Counted from the first letter of the stretch, positions 9,546 through 20,715 are shown. The stretch: DNA of 64,000 nucleotides from an uncultured delta proteobacterium (GCA_963778115.1 CAVZSV010000004.1:2880001-2944000), one strand, 5' to 3'. Made by a program: numbers and translations. Notes: generated from the letters alone by a model not told the origin.

Positions 9546-10700
9546 ATGCAGAGCCGTTCGTCGAGCCTTAAGTACGTAGGCCTTTTTCTCTTTCTATCGT
9601 GGAGTCCGGTATTTGGAATGCCACAAAACACTGACTCTGAAGCTATTATCACTTTCTGCCAGCAAGCCGTGAGACGAGGATCGTTATTTCATGGAAATGA
9701 GATCAATCGTCCGGCGGCGGAGGCCTTTTTCCGAGAGAGAGAGGAAGCGAAACGAGTAGTCAGGGAGGCTGATAGGGCGAGCTTTCGTCGGTCCCCCGGT
9801 TTCTCACCCATAGCACGGAAAGACGATTTTGCCCGGGCGTCGCGGGTGCAAAGATTGGACTGGAGCGGGTTGGGGATGAACGTGCTCACTCACTACACCG
9901 TTTATGAGTTGGACCCAGTCAGTTCCTTGGGGACGGACGCTAGGACTGTTGCTTTCGCGGAGGTGGAGGTTCCCTATTCTCCTGCAAGAGCCTGGCGAGC
10001 TACGATGCCCTTTCCCGTTCTAACAGGGAGATTCGCGGGTGAAACGAGCGCTCGTCCAGACGCCATTGCCTATTTACTCATCGCTCCTACCCTTCTTACC
10101 CAATCGCTCAAAGAATTCGAACCTCAGCGACGCGAAGGCACTATTAAAGCGATAGCTCAATCGATCGTGGAACAGCTTTGGGCTGGGGCGGTTTACGAAT
10201 ATCAAAGAAGCCTTCGGCTACGGACTGTAAACCTGGGTTTGCCGTTTTCTCTTCATCCGAGCTTAGCCAGAGAAACCCCTCTTTCCGTGGCAGATCTCTT
10301 GGAAAGAATCGAAGACGCTAGAATTGAGGCGTTGCGAAGGGGAGACAGAGAAGGAGTCGCCCAAGCGAATGCGGATATCGCTACCATTCTGTCTTCGGCG
10401 AACATGAGCCTGGCCCCGTTCCGTTCGCATTCCGGCCGAATCAATCGAAATATTCAAATCTCTTTTAAAACCAGGGACCGCCATTTTGTACGTATCAGTA
10501 CGGTGCTTTCGGCGAACTATTCCTTTTCGCATACCGGAAAAGTGGAACTCCGAGATATCTCAATCCAAGGTCCACTGGGACGACCAGTACCCATTAACAT
10601 CGAAGTTTCGGGTTTCGACGGGCTTACCTTGGAAGACGTTCTTCCTGGAGCCATCGCACTCTATGCAAATTGGCAATCCCATCTGCCCGAGCAGCAATAA
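9546..10700 (+). CDS. Secreted hypothetical protein
   Basis: 384-aa ORF with RBS and signal peptide. Confidence 0.65.
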   Translation: MQSRSSSLKYVGLFLFLSWSPVFGMPQNTDSEAIITFCQQAVRRGSLFHGNEINRPAAEAFFREREEAKRVVREADRASFRRSPGFSPIARKDDFARASRVQRLDWSGLGMNVLTHYTVYELDPVSSLGTDARTVAFAEVEVPYSPARAWRATMPFPVLTGRFAGETSARPDAIAYLLIAPTLLTQSLKEFEPQRREGTIKAIAQSIVEQLWAGAVYEYQRSLRLRTVNLGLPFSLHPSLARETPLSVADLLERIEDARIEALRRGDREGVAQANADIATILSSANMSLAPFRSHSGRINRNIQISFKTRDRHFVRISTVLSANYSFSHTGKVELRDISIQGPLGRPVPINIEVSGFDGLTLEDVLPGAIALYANWQSHLPEQQ

Positions 10701-10715
10701 GAGCGTACTTGGTGT

Positions 10716-11984
10716 TTATGCGGCGTTGAGCCACTTATTGAGGTTTTCTTTCGTGAGCGGCTCCTTGGGGCCGCTAAAGAGGAACTGAATTTTCTTTCCA
10801 TCCTCTTTTCGCGTGAAGATGACTCGGTATCCGAAAATGCCCTCAGTGGGCGAAGGGGCAATGACTTGGGGAATTTCGGTGTACTCGTGGGGATCCTTTC
10901 CCGTTAGCGAAAGGGCAATACCGGTCAACTCGTTTCGGATCCCCATCGTAATATCTTTATAAGTTACTTCCTGATTCGGTGCTTTGGCGATGGCATTTTG
11001 CAAGACCGCCGTATCCAATCGGGCCTTTCGGGCGGCTTTTTCTGCGCCTACGCCCTCTCTAAAAAAATAGACAAATTGATCTTCGTCGAAACTAGTCTCT
11101 AAAGGGATTTCGACATTAATACTAGTGCGAGAAGGGTATGATAGAGCGGAGTCGAATATTCTTTTTAAATTATGATCGTCAGTGCACAACCCGGAATCAA
11201 GGCCGGCAAGAACGGAGAGCTGAAACGTATCGGTGTTGAACTTTAGGTTATTGGTTTCATCCACCGGGTCATCAAAGTCGTTGATTCCCATGCGAATCAC
11301 TGTGGCAAGCTCTCTGAAAGAGGTATCGACGATTACGTGATGGTCGTCGACTAGGGCAACAACGGGATGAGCCGTCCCGCGAAGTAAGCGGGCTAGTATT
11401 TTCTGTATCATCGGATTAAAGGCGCTAAGGACAATAATCTTTTCAGTTTTGCTACCTTCTTGCAGCGGGATTCGTTGGGAAGCGGGCTTTCTGCGTTCTA
11501 TCTCATAGCGAAGCTGATTAATCCGGTAGCTAAGAAGACTAATCTGTACAAAGTTGAAGGCTTCCCGATCGTCGTTTCGGTACCAGTCGAGGGTTACTTC
11601 GCGATCCGATTTACGAATATGCTTCGCGATCCGTTCAATTTCCGAAATGAGCTCACTGCGATCGAATGAGGGCAGGTCACGCCACCGAACTACGGGAACA
11701 TCCGCCTCGTCGAGGCTCAACAACCCGATCAGGCGTCGAGCGCGAATGTCGATAGATCGAGAAAAGTCTTCGGCTTGGTCCGCGATGATTTCATTTATCC
11801 TTAGTGCGCTTAACATACCGTCCGTGGAACCTCCCCAGTCGGATTCGGTCACTGCAAGAGCAGTGATTAGCCACCCACACGGATCGGTCCGTAATTCATC
11901 TTCTGAATTTCCTTCCGTGGCTGCCCTGCAAGGAGACGTCAAAAAAAGAATAAGCAGAATCAAAGTGAGATAATTTCGGGGCAT
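10716..11984 (-). CDS. Secreted hypothetical protein
   Basis: 422-aa ORF with signal peptide. Confidence 0.65.
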   Translation of the reverse strand: MPRNYLTLILLILFLTSPCRAATEGNSEDELRTDPCGWLITALAVTESDWGGSTDGMLSALRINEIIADQAEDFSRSIDIRARRLIGLLSLDEADVPVVRWRDLPSFDRSELISEIERIAKHIRKSDREVTLDWYRNDDREAFNFVQISLLSYRINQLRYEIERRKPASQRIPLQEGSKTEKIIVLSAFNPMIQKILARLLRGTAHPVVALVDDHHVIVDTSFRELATVIRMGINDFDDPVDETNNLKFNTDTFQLSVLAGLDSGLCTDDHNLKRIFDSALSYPSRTSINVEIPLETSFDEDQFVYFFREGVGAEKAARKARLDTAVLQNAIAKAPNQEVTYKDITMGIRNELTGIALSLTGKDPHEYTEIPQVIAPSPTEGIFGYRVIFTRKEDGKKIQFLFSGPKEPLTKENLNKWLNAA

Positions 11985-12265
11985 GCGGGCTTATATCATT
12001 TACCGTTACCAAAATCCATTAACGGCGTGCGAGGGTTGTGACTAGCCACTGGACGTCGTCTTGTTCGTGTTCGCTTCTGAATGAACCCCTTAAAACTCCA
12101 TCCGAAATCGCTGATTTAATGATTTGGGAAGTGAGAAACTACGACATTCCCCACTGCATTGGTTGCCTACTGGAACTTCGGTTCAATTCATATAAAGTAT
12201 TGAATATTTTAAACTATTATATTCCACCCCCTATTGTTTTGACAGCTGCCTTTCGTGTATTCATT

Positions 12266-12281
12266 CGGCATGCGCGTTGCA
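12266..12281 (+). promoter_or_regulatory. sigma54-type promoter with an upstream AT-rich (IHF-like) tract
   Basis: CGGCATGCGCGTTGCA = GG-N10-GC; AT-rich tract at ~12185-12222. Confidence 0.55.
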
Positions 12282-12363
12282 TTTGTTGTCGCTCACATTG
12301 TAATTCGCACACCTTGCTTGCCGATTCATTTTAGAAATTTTGGTTTGATCTATAGGAGTCTTA

Positions 12364-13698
12364 ATGAACGTTCTTAAACGCTCGTTTTCTCGTGGTTCGG
12401 TTGTTCTCACCGTAGGCTTAGCGTTTATGTTAGCGGGTTGTGTTCCCGACAATGCGGATAGCCCCGGCGCGGGGGGACCTGGCTCCACGGGTACGGGATT
12501 GGTGATTGCCCTTCAAGGGCCAGCGAATTTAACATTGACGCCAGGCCAGTGCCAGCCGTTACAGGTTTCTCTTGAAGACCAGTTAGGAAATGCGGTGACT
12601 GCTAGTAGCGATACTTCCATCGCCCTTTCGGCTGCCGCTCCAGCAAATGCAGAAACCGAGGCAAATAAAGCAGCGGCCGCTGCGATTCAGTTTTTCGAAG
12701 ACCCTCAATGTACCGAAGGGCTTGCGTCTGCGGCGATTCCAGCCCAAGAGAGTTCTCTAACGTTTTATATCTCGGGAAGTGCATTGGGATCGGTGCTTAT
12801 CATTCCTCAGGATGACTTAGCGGCCATCACGGATCTATCGGTGACCATTGCAAATTCACAAGTTTCCACCGGATCTGGATCCAGCTCCCGCTCTGCGTGT
12901 ATCGCGACCGGCATCGCCGGCCCCCAAGGAGAAATGATTACCTCCCTTTCGATCAATATCAATACCGGCGATGTGGGACCTTTTAATATCCAAATACCGA
13001 CTCTGGGGATTGTGAGTACGGATGCTAGGACCTATCTGGTTTCCGAGCCTATTCCCTCCAATGTTCTAGCAACTAACGGTATCGTATATACGGATCTTTC
13101 CTCCAATATCAGTGGAATTTGCACTTTGAATGTTCTCGACCCCATCCCTGGCGAGTGTCCGCAAGGCTTCATTCTCGAGAACGGCTTAGGATGTGTCGCC
13201 CCTACCCCTGGCGCGCCAACAATTCCGGTCAGTACTCCGGTTTGCCCGGCAGGATTTACTTCGAGTAACGGTGTCTGCCTTCCCCCTGGCGGTCAGCTGT
13301 GTCCAACCGGATATACCTACGTATCAGGGATAGGTTGCGAATTTACGGGGACCGGATCTACCGGTGGTAGCACGTCGTCTCCCTCTGAACCGGCAACCTC
13401 TCCCATCGTATGTACTTTGAACTCAGTGACCTCTCCTGCGGTGGGACCGGTCAGCGGTCACGTTGACCAGCCTCTCTCTTTTACGCTAACCAGTCCGCAA
13501 AACCCGTCACTTGAGATCGTGGTGGCCAATACAGGCGAGATAAATGTGAGCCAGCTTCCTTTTGTGCTTCCGAGCAGTGGACAATTCGCGATTACATGGA
13601 GCGCTCCTGGAACTTATCCTCTCTTAGTGGTGGGGCAGTCATTGCAGGGAGACCCCTGCACGGGAGTGATTCCTTTAACGGTAATTATTACTCCCTAA
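12364..13698 (+). CDS. Surface lipoprotein with Cys-rich CPxG(F/Y) repeats and Ig-like-looking segments
   Basis: Lipobox LAGC; S/T/G-rich; CPQGF..C, CPAGF..C, CPTGY..C. Confidence 0.75.
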   Translation: MNVLKRSFSRGSVVLTVGLAFMLAGCVPDNADSPGAGGPGSTGTGLVIALQGPANLTLTPGQCQPLQVSLEDQLGNAVTASSDTSIALSAAAPANAETEANKAAAAAIQFFEDPQCTEGLASAAIPAQESSLTFYISGSALGSVLIIPQDDLAAITDLSVTIANSQVSTGSGSSSRSACIATGIAGPQGEMITSLSININTGDVGPFNIQIPTLGIVSTDARTYLVSEPIPSNVLATNGIVYTDLSSNISGICTLNVLDPIPGECPQGFILENGLGCVAPTPGAPTIPVSTPVCPAGFTSSNGVCLPPGGQLCPTGYTYVSGIGCEFTGTGSTGGSTSSPSEPATSPIVCTLNSVTSPAVGPVSGHVDQPLSFTLTSPQNPSLEIVVANTGEINVSQLPFVLPSSGQFAITWSAPGTYPLLVVGQSLQGDPCTGVIPLTVIITP

Positions 13699-13712
13699 TT
13701 TGAGAGAGATTT

Positions 13713-16133
13713 TTAACGGCGGGGAGCGATGCTCTTCGCCGTTTTCTTTTTTTTGAAGCTATTCTCCAGCCATGGGAAACATAGAAAACCAATTGCCCCC
13801 GCCAATCCCAAAATCGAAATAAGGCCTCCCATCCAAGACATTCGGTCGAAGAAGGTGAAAACTACGTTGTGCTCTCCTTTTTCCAACGAGACGGCCCAGA
13901 AGGTGCCGTAAGCGCGCAAGAGATCCGTTGTCTTACCATCCACCATAACTTTCCACGCGGGAAACCATAGTTCGGAGGCCACCAGATAACCCGGATCATC
14001 CATTTTTACTTTTAAGTTAATTTCATCGGGCTCCCGGGACACAATATTCACTTGGTCGTTTGTGGCGGAAGCTCCCCTTTTTTCATCGACAGGTGCACTG
14101 ACTACTTTAGGCGAGGTCTCTTTCAAATCGAGAGCGGCGTTTCGACCTAATAAGAAAACCTTTTCGCGGAGTATTTCTCTGCTGGCCAGAGGTAAGGCAT
14201 CAAAGAGAGCTGTCTCGGAACTAAACGTGAGGCTTTCGTGGGTCGTGTAAAAGCGGGGAAAGACATCCTCGTTTATATAGACGTTTCCTATCGGCGTCGG
14301 CTTTAGTTTGGTCCCTTGGTAACTCGGCAGGCCAAAGTACTTTACGTTGTAAAGATCAAGCAAAGGGGAGGCATCCCCTCCCTCTCTAAAATGGGGGCCG
14401 TCGTCAGGGGAGAAAATCTTCAAGGCATATTCATTGAGATACTTAGGTGACGACGTGTCAAAGAGAGGATCAAAGGCCGCTTCCACCCCTAAACGGGGGG
14501 CCCAATATTTTTGTCGCCCCACAAAGGTAAAAACCCGATAGGGCAATTTTTCACTGCTTAGTACCGGATCGTAAAATACGCGCTTAAACCCCTCATTAAT
14601 TTCGTCAAGGCGCTCTTGAAACGGGCCAGAAAAAGACTTTCCATAAAAAGGGATATCCGCATTGGCAAAATAAAAAAGAGCGAAGAATAAAGGAATTAAT
14701 ACTACGGAGATGCGAGGGATGGTAGCTATCACCATAAGCGCAACGGAAGAAACCACAAGAACCGCCACGGCGGCATTTTCCAATTCGATCGGAACCGAGG
14801 TGCAGAGGTGCTTCCAACCGATCGCGAAATAGACTCCAGCCGTCGTAAGGCAAAGTAAGTCGAAACCATGAAGGGAGTATCGACCTAAACGAATCGCAGG
14901 TTTGAAAAGTACTCGTTTGAGGAAAGTATCCGTCGATTTGGGACGGAAGGGAATTCGTAACGTATCAAATCCTCTTGCGACAAAAAAACCGATTCCGATT
15001 AACCCCACCATTAGCACTCGACATCCTGTGATTCGCAAAGAGCCCAAATGAGCGTAGAAGCGATAAGCTAATTGAATCCATTCGGGCATTCGTGAAACAT
15101 TCATCAATAGGAAAGCACCCAAAACTAAACTCAGCATGAACCATTTCCCCTTTTTGGCATCTAGAACAAGTGCCCGTAGCATCAAAAAAACGGCGGGGAT
15201 TCCTATGAATACTTCAAGGTTGGGATTGATCATGCCGCCGGCAGGAAAAGGAAGAAAGAGTCTTCCCGCAAACTCCCTCAAAGGAATGTCTTCGAAGGGC
15301 AAGCTTCCCATTGAAGCGGCTCTCATGGTGTATTTCATGTAACTTAGCGAGGGGACAATGATGACCGCACTAATCACCGTCCCTACGGCAAGTGCCAAGA
15401 ACCAATAGCCCAGAGATTTTCCCGCGACCTTTTTCCATTGCGATCGATCTTCGGGTACCGATTCGATAAAAAGAAGAGGGATAAACGGGAGTGCGAAAAA
15501 TAAGGGAGTATCGGTTCCACTTAAAAGTGAAAGGCCAATAACGATTCCAGAAGCAATGGCCCAACGGATTGAGCCATTTCTTATCGCCCTATCTAGAAAC
15601 TGGATTACCCAGAAAATAGAGATGAAGGAGATGAGATAGAAAATGTTTAGTTCTCGCATTGAAGAATAGCTTTGAAAGCCCGTGAAGGTAACCAGTATAG
15701 TGCCCAGCACTGCCCCGGTCCGGCTGCAGCCATAATAGCGGTAAAGGGCGTAACCACTGAGGGTCACCATAAAGAGGAGAAAGCCCGCATTGATCATCAG
15801 GGCGATGAGCGTTGCCGACAAACTATCGCTAAAAAAAGTGCGTAACACCCAATCCATCAGAGCGTTGGTGGGGAAGAATCTGCCCACGATGGGATACCAG
15901 CCCGTGTATCCCATCACATACGGATCCCAGCCCTTCAAGAACAGATCAGAATTGTCGTGAAGATAGATATTGAGAAAGACGTCCGTCTGAAGAATGAAAT
16001 TTGGATGGTAGAACTTTAAGCAAAAGGTTCCTACCATGACGGCCAACGCTACCAAAGGAACCACGGCATTTTCCTCGAAGAAGTAAATGGGAGAATTGAA
16101 TTTTACCAGATCTAATCCTTTGACGTTATGCAT
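13713..16133 (-). CDS. YfhO family membrane protein (putative GT-C glycosyltransferase)
   Basis: Polytopic N-terminus; C-terminal GYLVASELWFPAWKVMVDG...AVSLEKGEHNVVF. Confidence 0.85.
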   Translation of the reverse strand: MHNVKGLDLVKFNSPIYFFEENAVVPLVALAVMVGTFCLKFYHPNFILQTDVFLNIYLHDNSDLFLKGWDPYVMGYTGWYPIVGRFFPTNALMDWVLRTFFSDSLSATLIALMINAGFLLFMVTLSGYALYRYYGCSRTGAVLGTILVTFTGFQSYSSMRELNIFYLISFISIFWVIQFLDRAIRNGSIRWAIASGIVIGLSLLSGTDTPLFFALPFIPLLFIESVPEDRSQWKKVAGKSLGYWFLALAVGTVISAVIIVPSLSYMKYTMRAASMGSLPFEDIPLREFAGRLFLPFPAGGMINPNLEVFIGIPAVFLMLRALVLDAKKGKWFMLSLVLGAFLLMNVSRMPEWIQLAYRFYAHLGSLRITGCRVLMVGLIGIGFFVARGFDTLRIPFRPKSTDTFLKRVLFKPAIRLGRYSLHGFDLLCLTTAGVYFAIGWKHLCTSVPIELENAAVAVLVVSSVALMVIATIPRISVVLIPLFFALFYFANADIPFYGKSFSGPFQERLDEINEGFKRVFYDPVLSSEKLPYRVFTFVGRQKYWAPRLGVEAAFDPLFDTSSPKYLNEYALKIFSPDDGPHFREGGDASPLLDLYNVKYFGLPSYQGTKLKPTPIGNVYINEDVFPRFYTTHESLTFSSETALFDALPLASREILREKVFLLGRNAALDLKETSPKVVSAPVDEKRGASATNDQVNIVSREPDEINLKVKMDDPGYLVASELWFPAWKVMVDGKTTDLLRAYGTFWAVSLEKGEHNVVFTFFDRMSWMGGLISILGLAGAIGFLCFPWLENSFKKKKTAKSIAPRR

Positions 16134-16178
16134 TATGACGGGATAGTCGTGAGAGATAGGGAGTTTTTGAGGAGGAGA

Positions 16179-17321
16179 ATGTTGGGGAACAAGCTTTGTC
16201 TACTCGTTTGGGGTTTCGTTATTTGTAATGCACCCGTGTCGCTTTCGGCAGACGATCGCGAGCCATTGATTTCGAGACTTATCGAACAACTAGGCAATTC
16301 CGATTACCAGCTTCGCAACTCCGCGGAAGAGGAGCTGTTGAAAAGCGGCCTTTCTACTTTTGTGCAGGTTGAAACCGCAGCCCAAACCGCATCGGATACA
16401 GAGGTACGTTTACGTGCAGCTCGAATACTTAAGATCTTAAAAGGCGAGTTGCTTTGGGCCGGCGAAAAAAAAGAAAGCGATCTCTACTCTCTCACCGACG
16501 TCAGGGGGGCGATTACCGCGAAGATGGGCGAAGCGGGTTTGTTTTTTACGCGTCCTGAGTACCAGAGCGAGAATGGATTAACCGTGCCTAAGTTAGACGG
16601 CTTAAGGCTGGAGATGCGATTAACCACTGACCAGGGATTTAGATTGGTGGGATATCGCGGAAGCCCCACCTACGTCAAAGGAAGGACTGATAATAACTCT
16701 GAGCTAATCAAATATCGGCCGGCTGGCGATTGGGTGTTTCTCCATAACTCCGCAGAGAACCGATCCCTGGATCAATTCCCCCTTAGGATCGATCTAAAAC
16801 CAACCGAACCAGGGGCACGAAGCATAGAACAAGTGGAGATCGGATGGGAAATGGTGGCAGCGGCAGATTTTACCGAGCTCAACGTAGAATTGGAAACTAA
16901 CCGTTTTTATTTCAAAGATGACGTTGAGTTTAGGTTGAAGGGGATGGAGGCTAAAAATTCAAGTCAGACCGAAATCAATTTCAATTGGCGTCGAGATATC
17001 ACTCTTTCTAATTTTCCTTATATTTCTACTACCGAAGTGAGAGTGCGGCTTTTAGATCAAAATGGAAACCCGTTTAAAGTCTCTGCCGACAGCCTCGACG
17101 GCCCTAGCGAAGAAGCTAATTTAAACAAGCATATGCACCACTGCTATAGTGAGGGCGGAGAAACTAAGAACGATCCCACCGAAAATAGGGTTACCTTTGA
17201 CACTCCTCCAGGTGGGCGCGTTCCTACTCGATTATCGATCGTCTATCCACGCCTGTTTTCTCGTCGAATAGTCCCCTTCCGGTTTAAGGGGATTGGAATT
17301 GAGCAAACGCGGCTTGAGTAG
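16179..17321 (+). CDS. Secreted protein with an N-terminal HEAT-like helical segment
   Basis: GAGGAGG RBS; LIEQLGNSDYQLRNSAEEEL...DTEVRLRAARIL. Confidence 0.7.
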   Translation: MLGNKLCLLVWGFVICNAPVSLSADDREPLISRLIEQLGNSDYQLRNSAEEELLKSGLSTFVQVETAAQTASDTEVRLRAARILKILKGELLWAGEKKESDLYSLTDVRGAITAKMGEAGLFFTRPEYQSENGLTVPKLDGLRLEMRLTTDQGFRLVGYRGSPTYVKGRTDNNSELIKYRPAGDWVFLHNSAENRSLDQFPLRIDLKPTEPGARSIEQVEIGWEMVAAADFTELNVELETNRFYFKDDVEFRLKGMEAKNSSQTEINFNWRRDITLSNFPYISTTEVRVRLLDQNGNPFKVSADSLDGPSEEANLNKHMHHCYSEGGETKNDPTENRVTFDTPPGGRVPTRLSIVYPRLFSRRIVPFRFKGIGIEQTRLE

Positions 17322-17323
17322 TC

Positions 17324-18022
17324 TTAGAAAGATTCCGAGAAGTCACCAGAGCAGTACCAAACTCCGTTGGAGCTGAGGGCCATGTCGTAGCAGAAGCTCT
17401 TATGATAACTGTACATGGCGCGCGAGTGCCCTGAACTCTGTAGCCATCCGCTTTGATCGGCACAAGATCGGGCGTAGGTCATCAGATTCGGCCCCATATT
17501 CGCAAAACTTTCCGATACAATCTCGCCTCCGGCACCCAAGCCGGGCAAAGCGGAGTGGCTTTGACCATGGTTTTTTGCCATGACTTCAGCTTGGTGCTTA
17601 GCCACTGAACATACACGCGGGTCCATTTTACTCAATGCGCTATTTCCCCCTTGTTCCAAGACAGCCAAAGTAAGAGCGAGTTGAGTCGCGGTCATTTGGG
17701 GATTTTCAGTTCTCCATTTTTTGACCCAAGTCATCAGATCGAAATCTTTGACCGGTTTTCCGTATGCGATGCGGTAGGGGTGTGCACTTTTAGGAATTTG
17801 CTCAAAAAGTTTCTTAAGACGCTCCGTGTTTCTCGGATCGCTTACATACTTGCGAACTTCGACCGTGAAAGGGGCCATTCCAGGAGCGATTTCTGGAAAA
17901 GGAACTTCCTGGGCCCTCTCTACTTTTTGGTCACCAGTGCTAACAGTGTGGATTTTGACGTCGTCGGCGGAAGTGGGCAATGCAATCATTAAAAGGCCGA
18001 GGGCAATGAGGAGGTTTTTCAT
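17324..18022 (-). CDS. Secreted CAP (SCP-like) domain protein
   Basis: AKHQAEVMA...H...GEIV...GWLQSSGH...Y.C motif series. Confidence 0.75.
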   Translation of the reverse strand: MKNLLIALGLLMIALPTSADDVKIHTVSTGDQKVERAQEVPFPEIAPGMAPFTVEVRKYVSDPRNTERLKKLFEQIPKSAHPYRIAYGKPVKDFDLMTWVKKWRTENPQMTATQLALTLAVLEQGGNSALSKMDPRVCSVAKHQAEVMAKNHGQSHSALPGLGAGGEIVSESFANMGPNLMTYARSCADQSGWLQSSGHSRAMYSYHKSFCYDMALSSNGVWYCSGDFSESF

Positions 18023-18107
18023 AAAATTATTATATCAAATTTGCGGCCTGACGCTTATTCCGCCTCTTTATCCGTGTTAGTATTTCCAAAACAAAAAGGG
18101 AGCGCAG

Positions 18108-18854
18108 ATGAAACTTGGGGGAAATACCGTTCTCATTACCGGAGGTGCCACGGGAATTGGTTTCGGCATGGCGAAACGATTTGTGCGCGCCGGCAGTCAG
18201 GTCATTCTTTGTGGCCGTCGAGAGGAAGCTTTACAAGCAGCGCAAAAAGAGCTCCCCGGTATTCAGACTATTGCGTGTGATCTTTCATCTGAAGTCGATC
18301 GCAAGAAGCTATATGAGCAAGCGACGCATTCGTTTCCTCGACTTAATGTTCTGGTCAATAACGCGGGAATTCAAAATCGACCTCCGTCGTTAGTGCAGAC
18401 CCAGAAATGGGAAGAGCATCGAAAAGAGCTCTCGATCAATCTAGAAGCACCGATGCACCTTTCGATGATGTTTATCCCCCACCTCATGCGGCAAGAGGCT
18501 CCCGCTATCATTAACGTATCTTCGGGACTTGCCTTTGCTCCCCTTGCTCTAATGTCGACTTACTGTGCGACTAAAGCGGCATTGCATTCTTTCACCATGA
18601 GTCTTCGTTACCAATTGGCATCTACCCCGATTAAAGTCGTCGAAGTGATTCCCCCGGCCGTGAATACGGACCTTGGTGGAAAGGGTCTCCATACCCAAGG
18701 AGTTCCGTTAGAAGATTTTGTAGAAGACGCCATGAAACATCTAGAGAGGGGCAAACTCGAATTTGGATTCAAAACTTCGGAAGAAAGAAGACTGGCCTCT
18801 CGTCAGCAGTTGGATGAATATTTCGTAGTAATGAACCAGAACTTTAAACCTTAA
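18108..18854 (+). CDS. Short-chain dehydrogenase (DltE-like)
   Basis: TGGATGIG, NNAG, VSSGL, YCATK, EVIPPAVNT. Confidence 0.92.
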   Translation: MKLGGNTVLITGGATGIGFGMAKRFVRAGSQVILCGRREEALQAAQKELPGIQTIACDLSSEVDRKKLYEQATHSFPRLNVLVNNAGIQNRPPSLVQTQKWEEHRKELSINLEAPMHLSMMFIPHLMRQEAPAIINVSSGLAFAPLALMSTYCATKAALHSFTMSLRYQLASTPIKVVEVIPPAVNTDLGGKGLHTQGVPLEDFVEDAMKHLERGKLEFGFKTSEERRLASRQQLDEYFVVMNQNFKP

Positions 18855-19027
18855 GCACGGATGGCGCCATTACGATCTGCAGATTATCGCGTCGCTTCGC
18901 TGGTTGCATTAACTGGCTTTGAAAGGCTCTCTGGGACGACATGTATTAAGGGAAACTTTAATCGGTACCGTAGCTTATAGCCCCATTGTTGTATGTTGGT
19001 GCTGTTCCTGGTATTAACGCCTTCCTT

Positions 19028-19831
19028 ATGAATCGGATTCTTCTGACCTTTGCACTAATGACGAGTTTCTCCTTTGCCGCGAGGCCCATCGGACCCTGTG
19101 CCGCTTTGATCGAGGATACCACCCATGCGCGGATTGGAATCGACGATACGCTTAAGATAATTCCGGGCCCTCGGGTGGCAAACCAGATCTTTTCCATTGC
19201 CGCCACCTACTATGATCTTTCGCTCGATCTCGACCGTGCGGATACCTCGAAGATTGCGAAGCTAATCGCCAGAAAAGACGTTCCCGAAGCGAGTGTGAAA
19301 CAGATCCTCGATACTGGCAATTTGGCCTCGCTGGCGGAACTACTTCCTCCCCAAGTCAGACAAAAGCTCGGACAACACGATACCGCGATGTGTTATGAAG
19401 CGGCTTTCTCCTTTAATGATCCCAACTACAAACATTTAACGAACTTCATGCCCTATTTGAGAAGCCGCTACTATCCGCTCGGAACGCGAGGGGAATCGCT
19501 TCGGTACGGAGATCTCATCGTCATGTGGAGACAGCATCCGGATCGGAAGAGATTTTTCACTCAGCACGCAGCGATCTACTTGGGAGGTGATTTTCTTTAC
19601 CATAAGTTCGGTCCCGATCGTCGGGCCGCGTACGAGTTCATTACGTTTGAGAGTTTAGTGGCCTATTACCAAGTTACCATGGCGGCGGCCCTTCAGGGGG
19701 CACGAAAAGCCGATGAGTATACGTTGCCCTTTCACTTCGAATATATGCGTTATGACCCTCACTTATCGAGAGAGGCGTGGAAAGTGAGAGCCATCCAAAA
19801 ATCCATCGATTTTCATTCAGGAAATAATTAA
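19028..19831 (+). CDS. Secreted NlpC/P60-like (papain-fold) protein
   Basis: Signal peptide; MCYEAA ... GDLIV ... HAAIYLGG..YHK (Cys/His arrangement). Confidence 0.6.
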   Translation: MNRILLTFALMTSFSFAARPIGPCAALIEDTTHARIGIDDTLKIIPGPRVANQIFSIAATYYDLSLDLDRADTSKIAKLIARKDVPEASVKQILDTGNLASLAELLPPQVRQKLGQHDTAMCYEAAFSFNDPNYKHLTNFMPYLRSRYYPLGTRGESLRYGDLIVMWRQHPDRKRFFTQHAAIYLGGDFLYHKFGPDRRAAYEFITFESLVAYYQVTMAAALQGARKADEYTLPFHFEYMRYDPHLSREAWKVRAIQKSIDFHSGNN

Positions 19832-20286
19832 TAGGTAATTCATTTTATCAGGCGAATAGCGGGTATCTGGCGATCGTCTTAGGGTTTCAGGAACTGGCGA
19901 AAATAGGCAAATTCCGCGGGTCCCATTTCATATCGGTTTCTTTGATGAGCCGTGAAGTACGTTCCCTCAGGATAGTCGTAAACGTCTCTCCTAGGAATAT
20001 TGAGTCGTTCTAGAAGGCCGTTAGGCGCTGGATTAATGGTGGCCGGTTCACATAAGATCTTCTAAAGATGAAATCTCTACCTGAGCGAGGTATGCCATCG
20101 GAATAATTGTCAAAAGGCGCCGCTTTCTAGACGAAAGCCGCTTGCTTTTTCATTTCGAGCTTTCTTATGGTTACTCGTGGGGAAAGTAACCACTTTATCC
20201 CGCTCGATTGCCTCTGCTACTGGAATACTCGTCGCCGTTTAAGTATCTACTCGTCCATCGATAAACCAATTTAAACGGAGGTATCC

Positions 20287-20661
20287 ATGAAAAAGGGAAC
20301 TATGTTGTTTGTGCTTTCTTTGGCGCTGGTTTGCGTGGGTGAACGCGCTCATGCGGCTGAGTCTTATATTCAGCAGTATTACCGCGAACAAGTTCAGGCT
20401 TCGTTTGGCGAAACAATGCCGAGTGATCATGCTTTTCTGCGGGCTTGTACGGGCACCTACACCTCTGGGGGAAGAACGGTTGCCTTTTTTTCCGATGGGC
20501 ATGCTGAGTATTCGAAAGATGATGGTCCTATCGCGCGTGGCAAGTGGTCGCAAAGCGGAACTACAATTACGATTAGCTTCTTCGGTGGCTCAGAAACTAT
20601 AGAGGCCTCTAACGATTGTGAAACCCTCAATTGGGATGGAAAGACTTTCCGTCGATCCTAA
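20287..20661 (+). CDS. Small secreted protein
   Basis: GGAGG RBS; signal peptide ending AHA. Confidence 0.7.
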   Translation: MKKGTMLFVLSLALVCVGERAHAAESYIQQYYREQVQASFGETMPSDHAFLRACTGTYTSGGRTVAFFSDGHAEYSKDDGPIARGKWSQSGTTITISFFGGSETIEASNDCETLNWDGKTFRRS

Positions 20662-20678
20662 TCAAGGTTTCAAATGAA

Positions 20679-20715
20679 GTACGCCCCTTTCCTCTCTCTC
20701 GGGAAAGGGGCGTAC
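20679..20715 (+). terminator. Stem-loop, probable terminator
   Basis: Perfect 14-bp stem GTACGCCCCTTTCC / GGAAAGGGGCGTAC; no strong U-tract. Confidence 0.6.
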
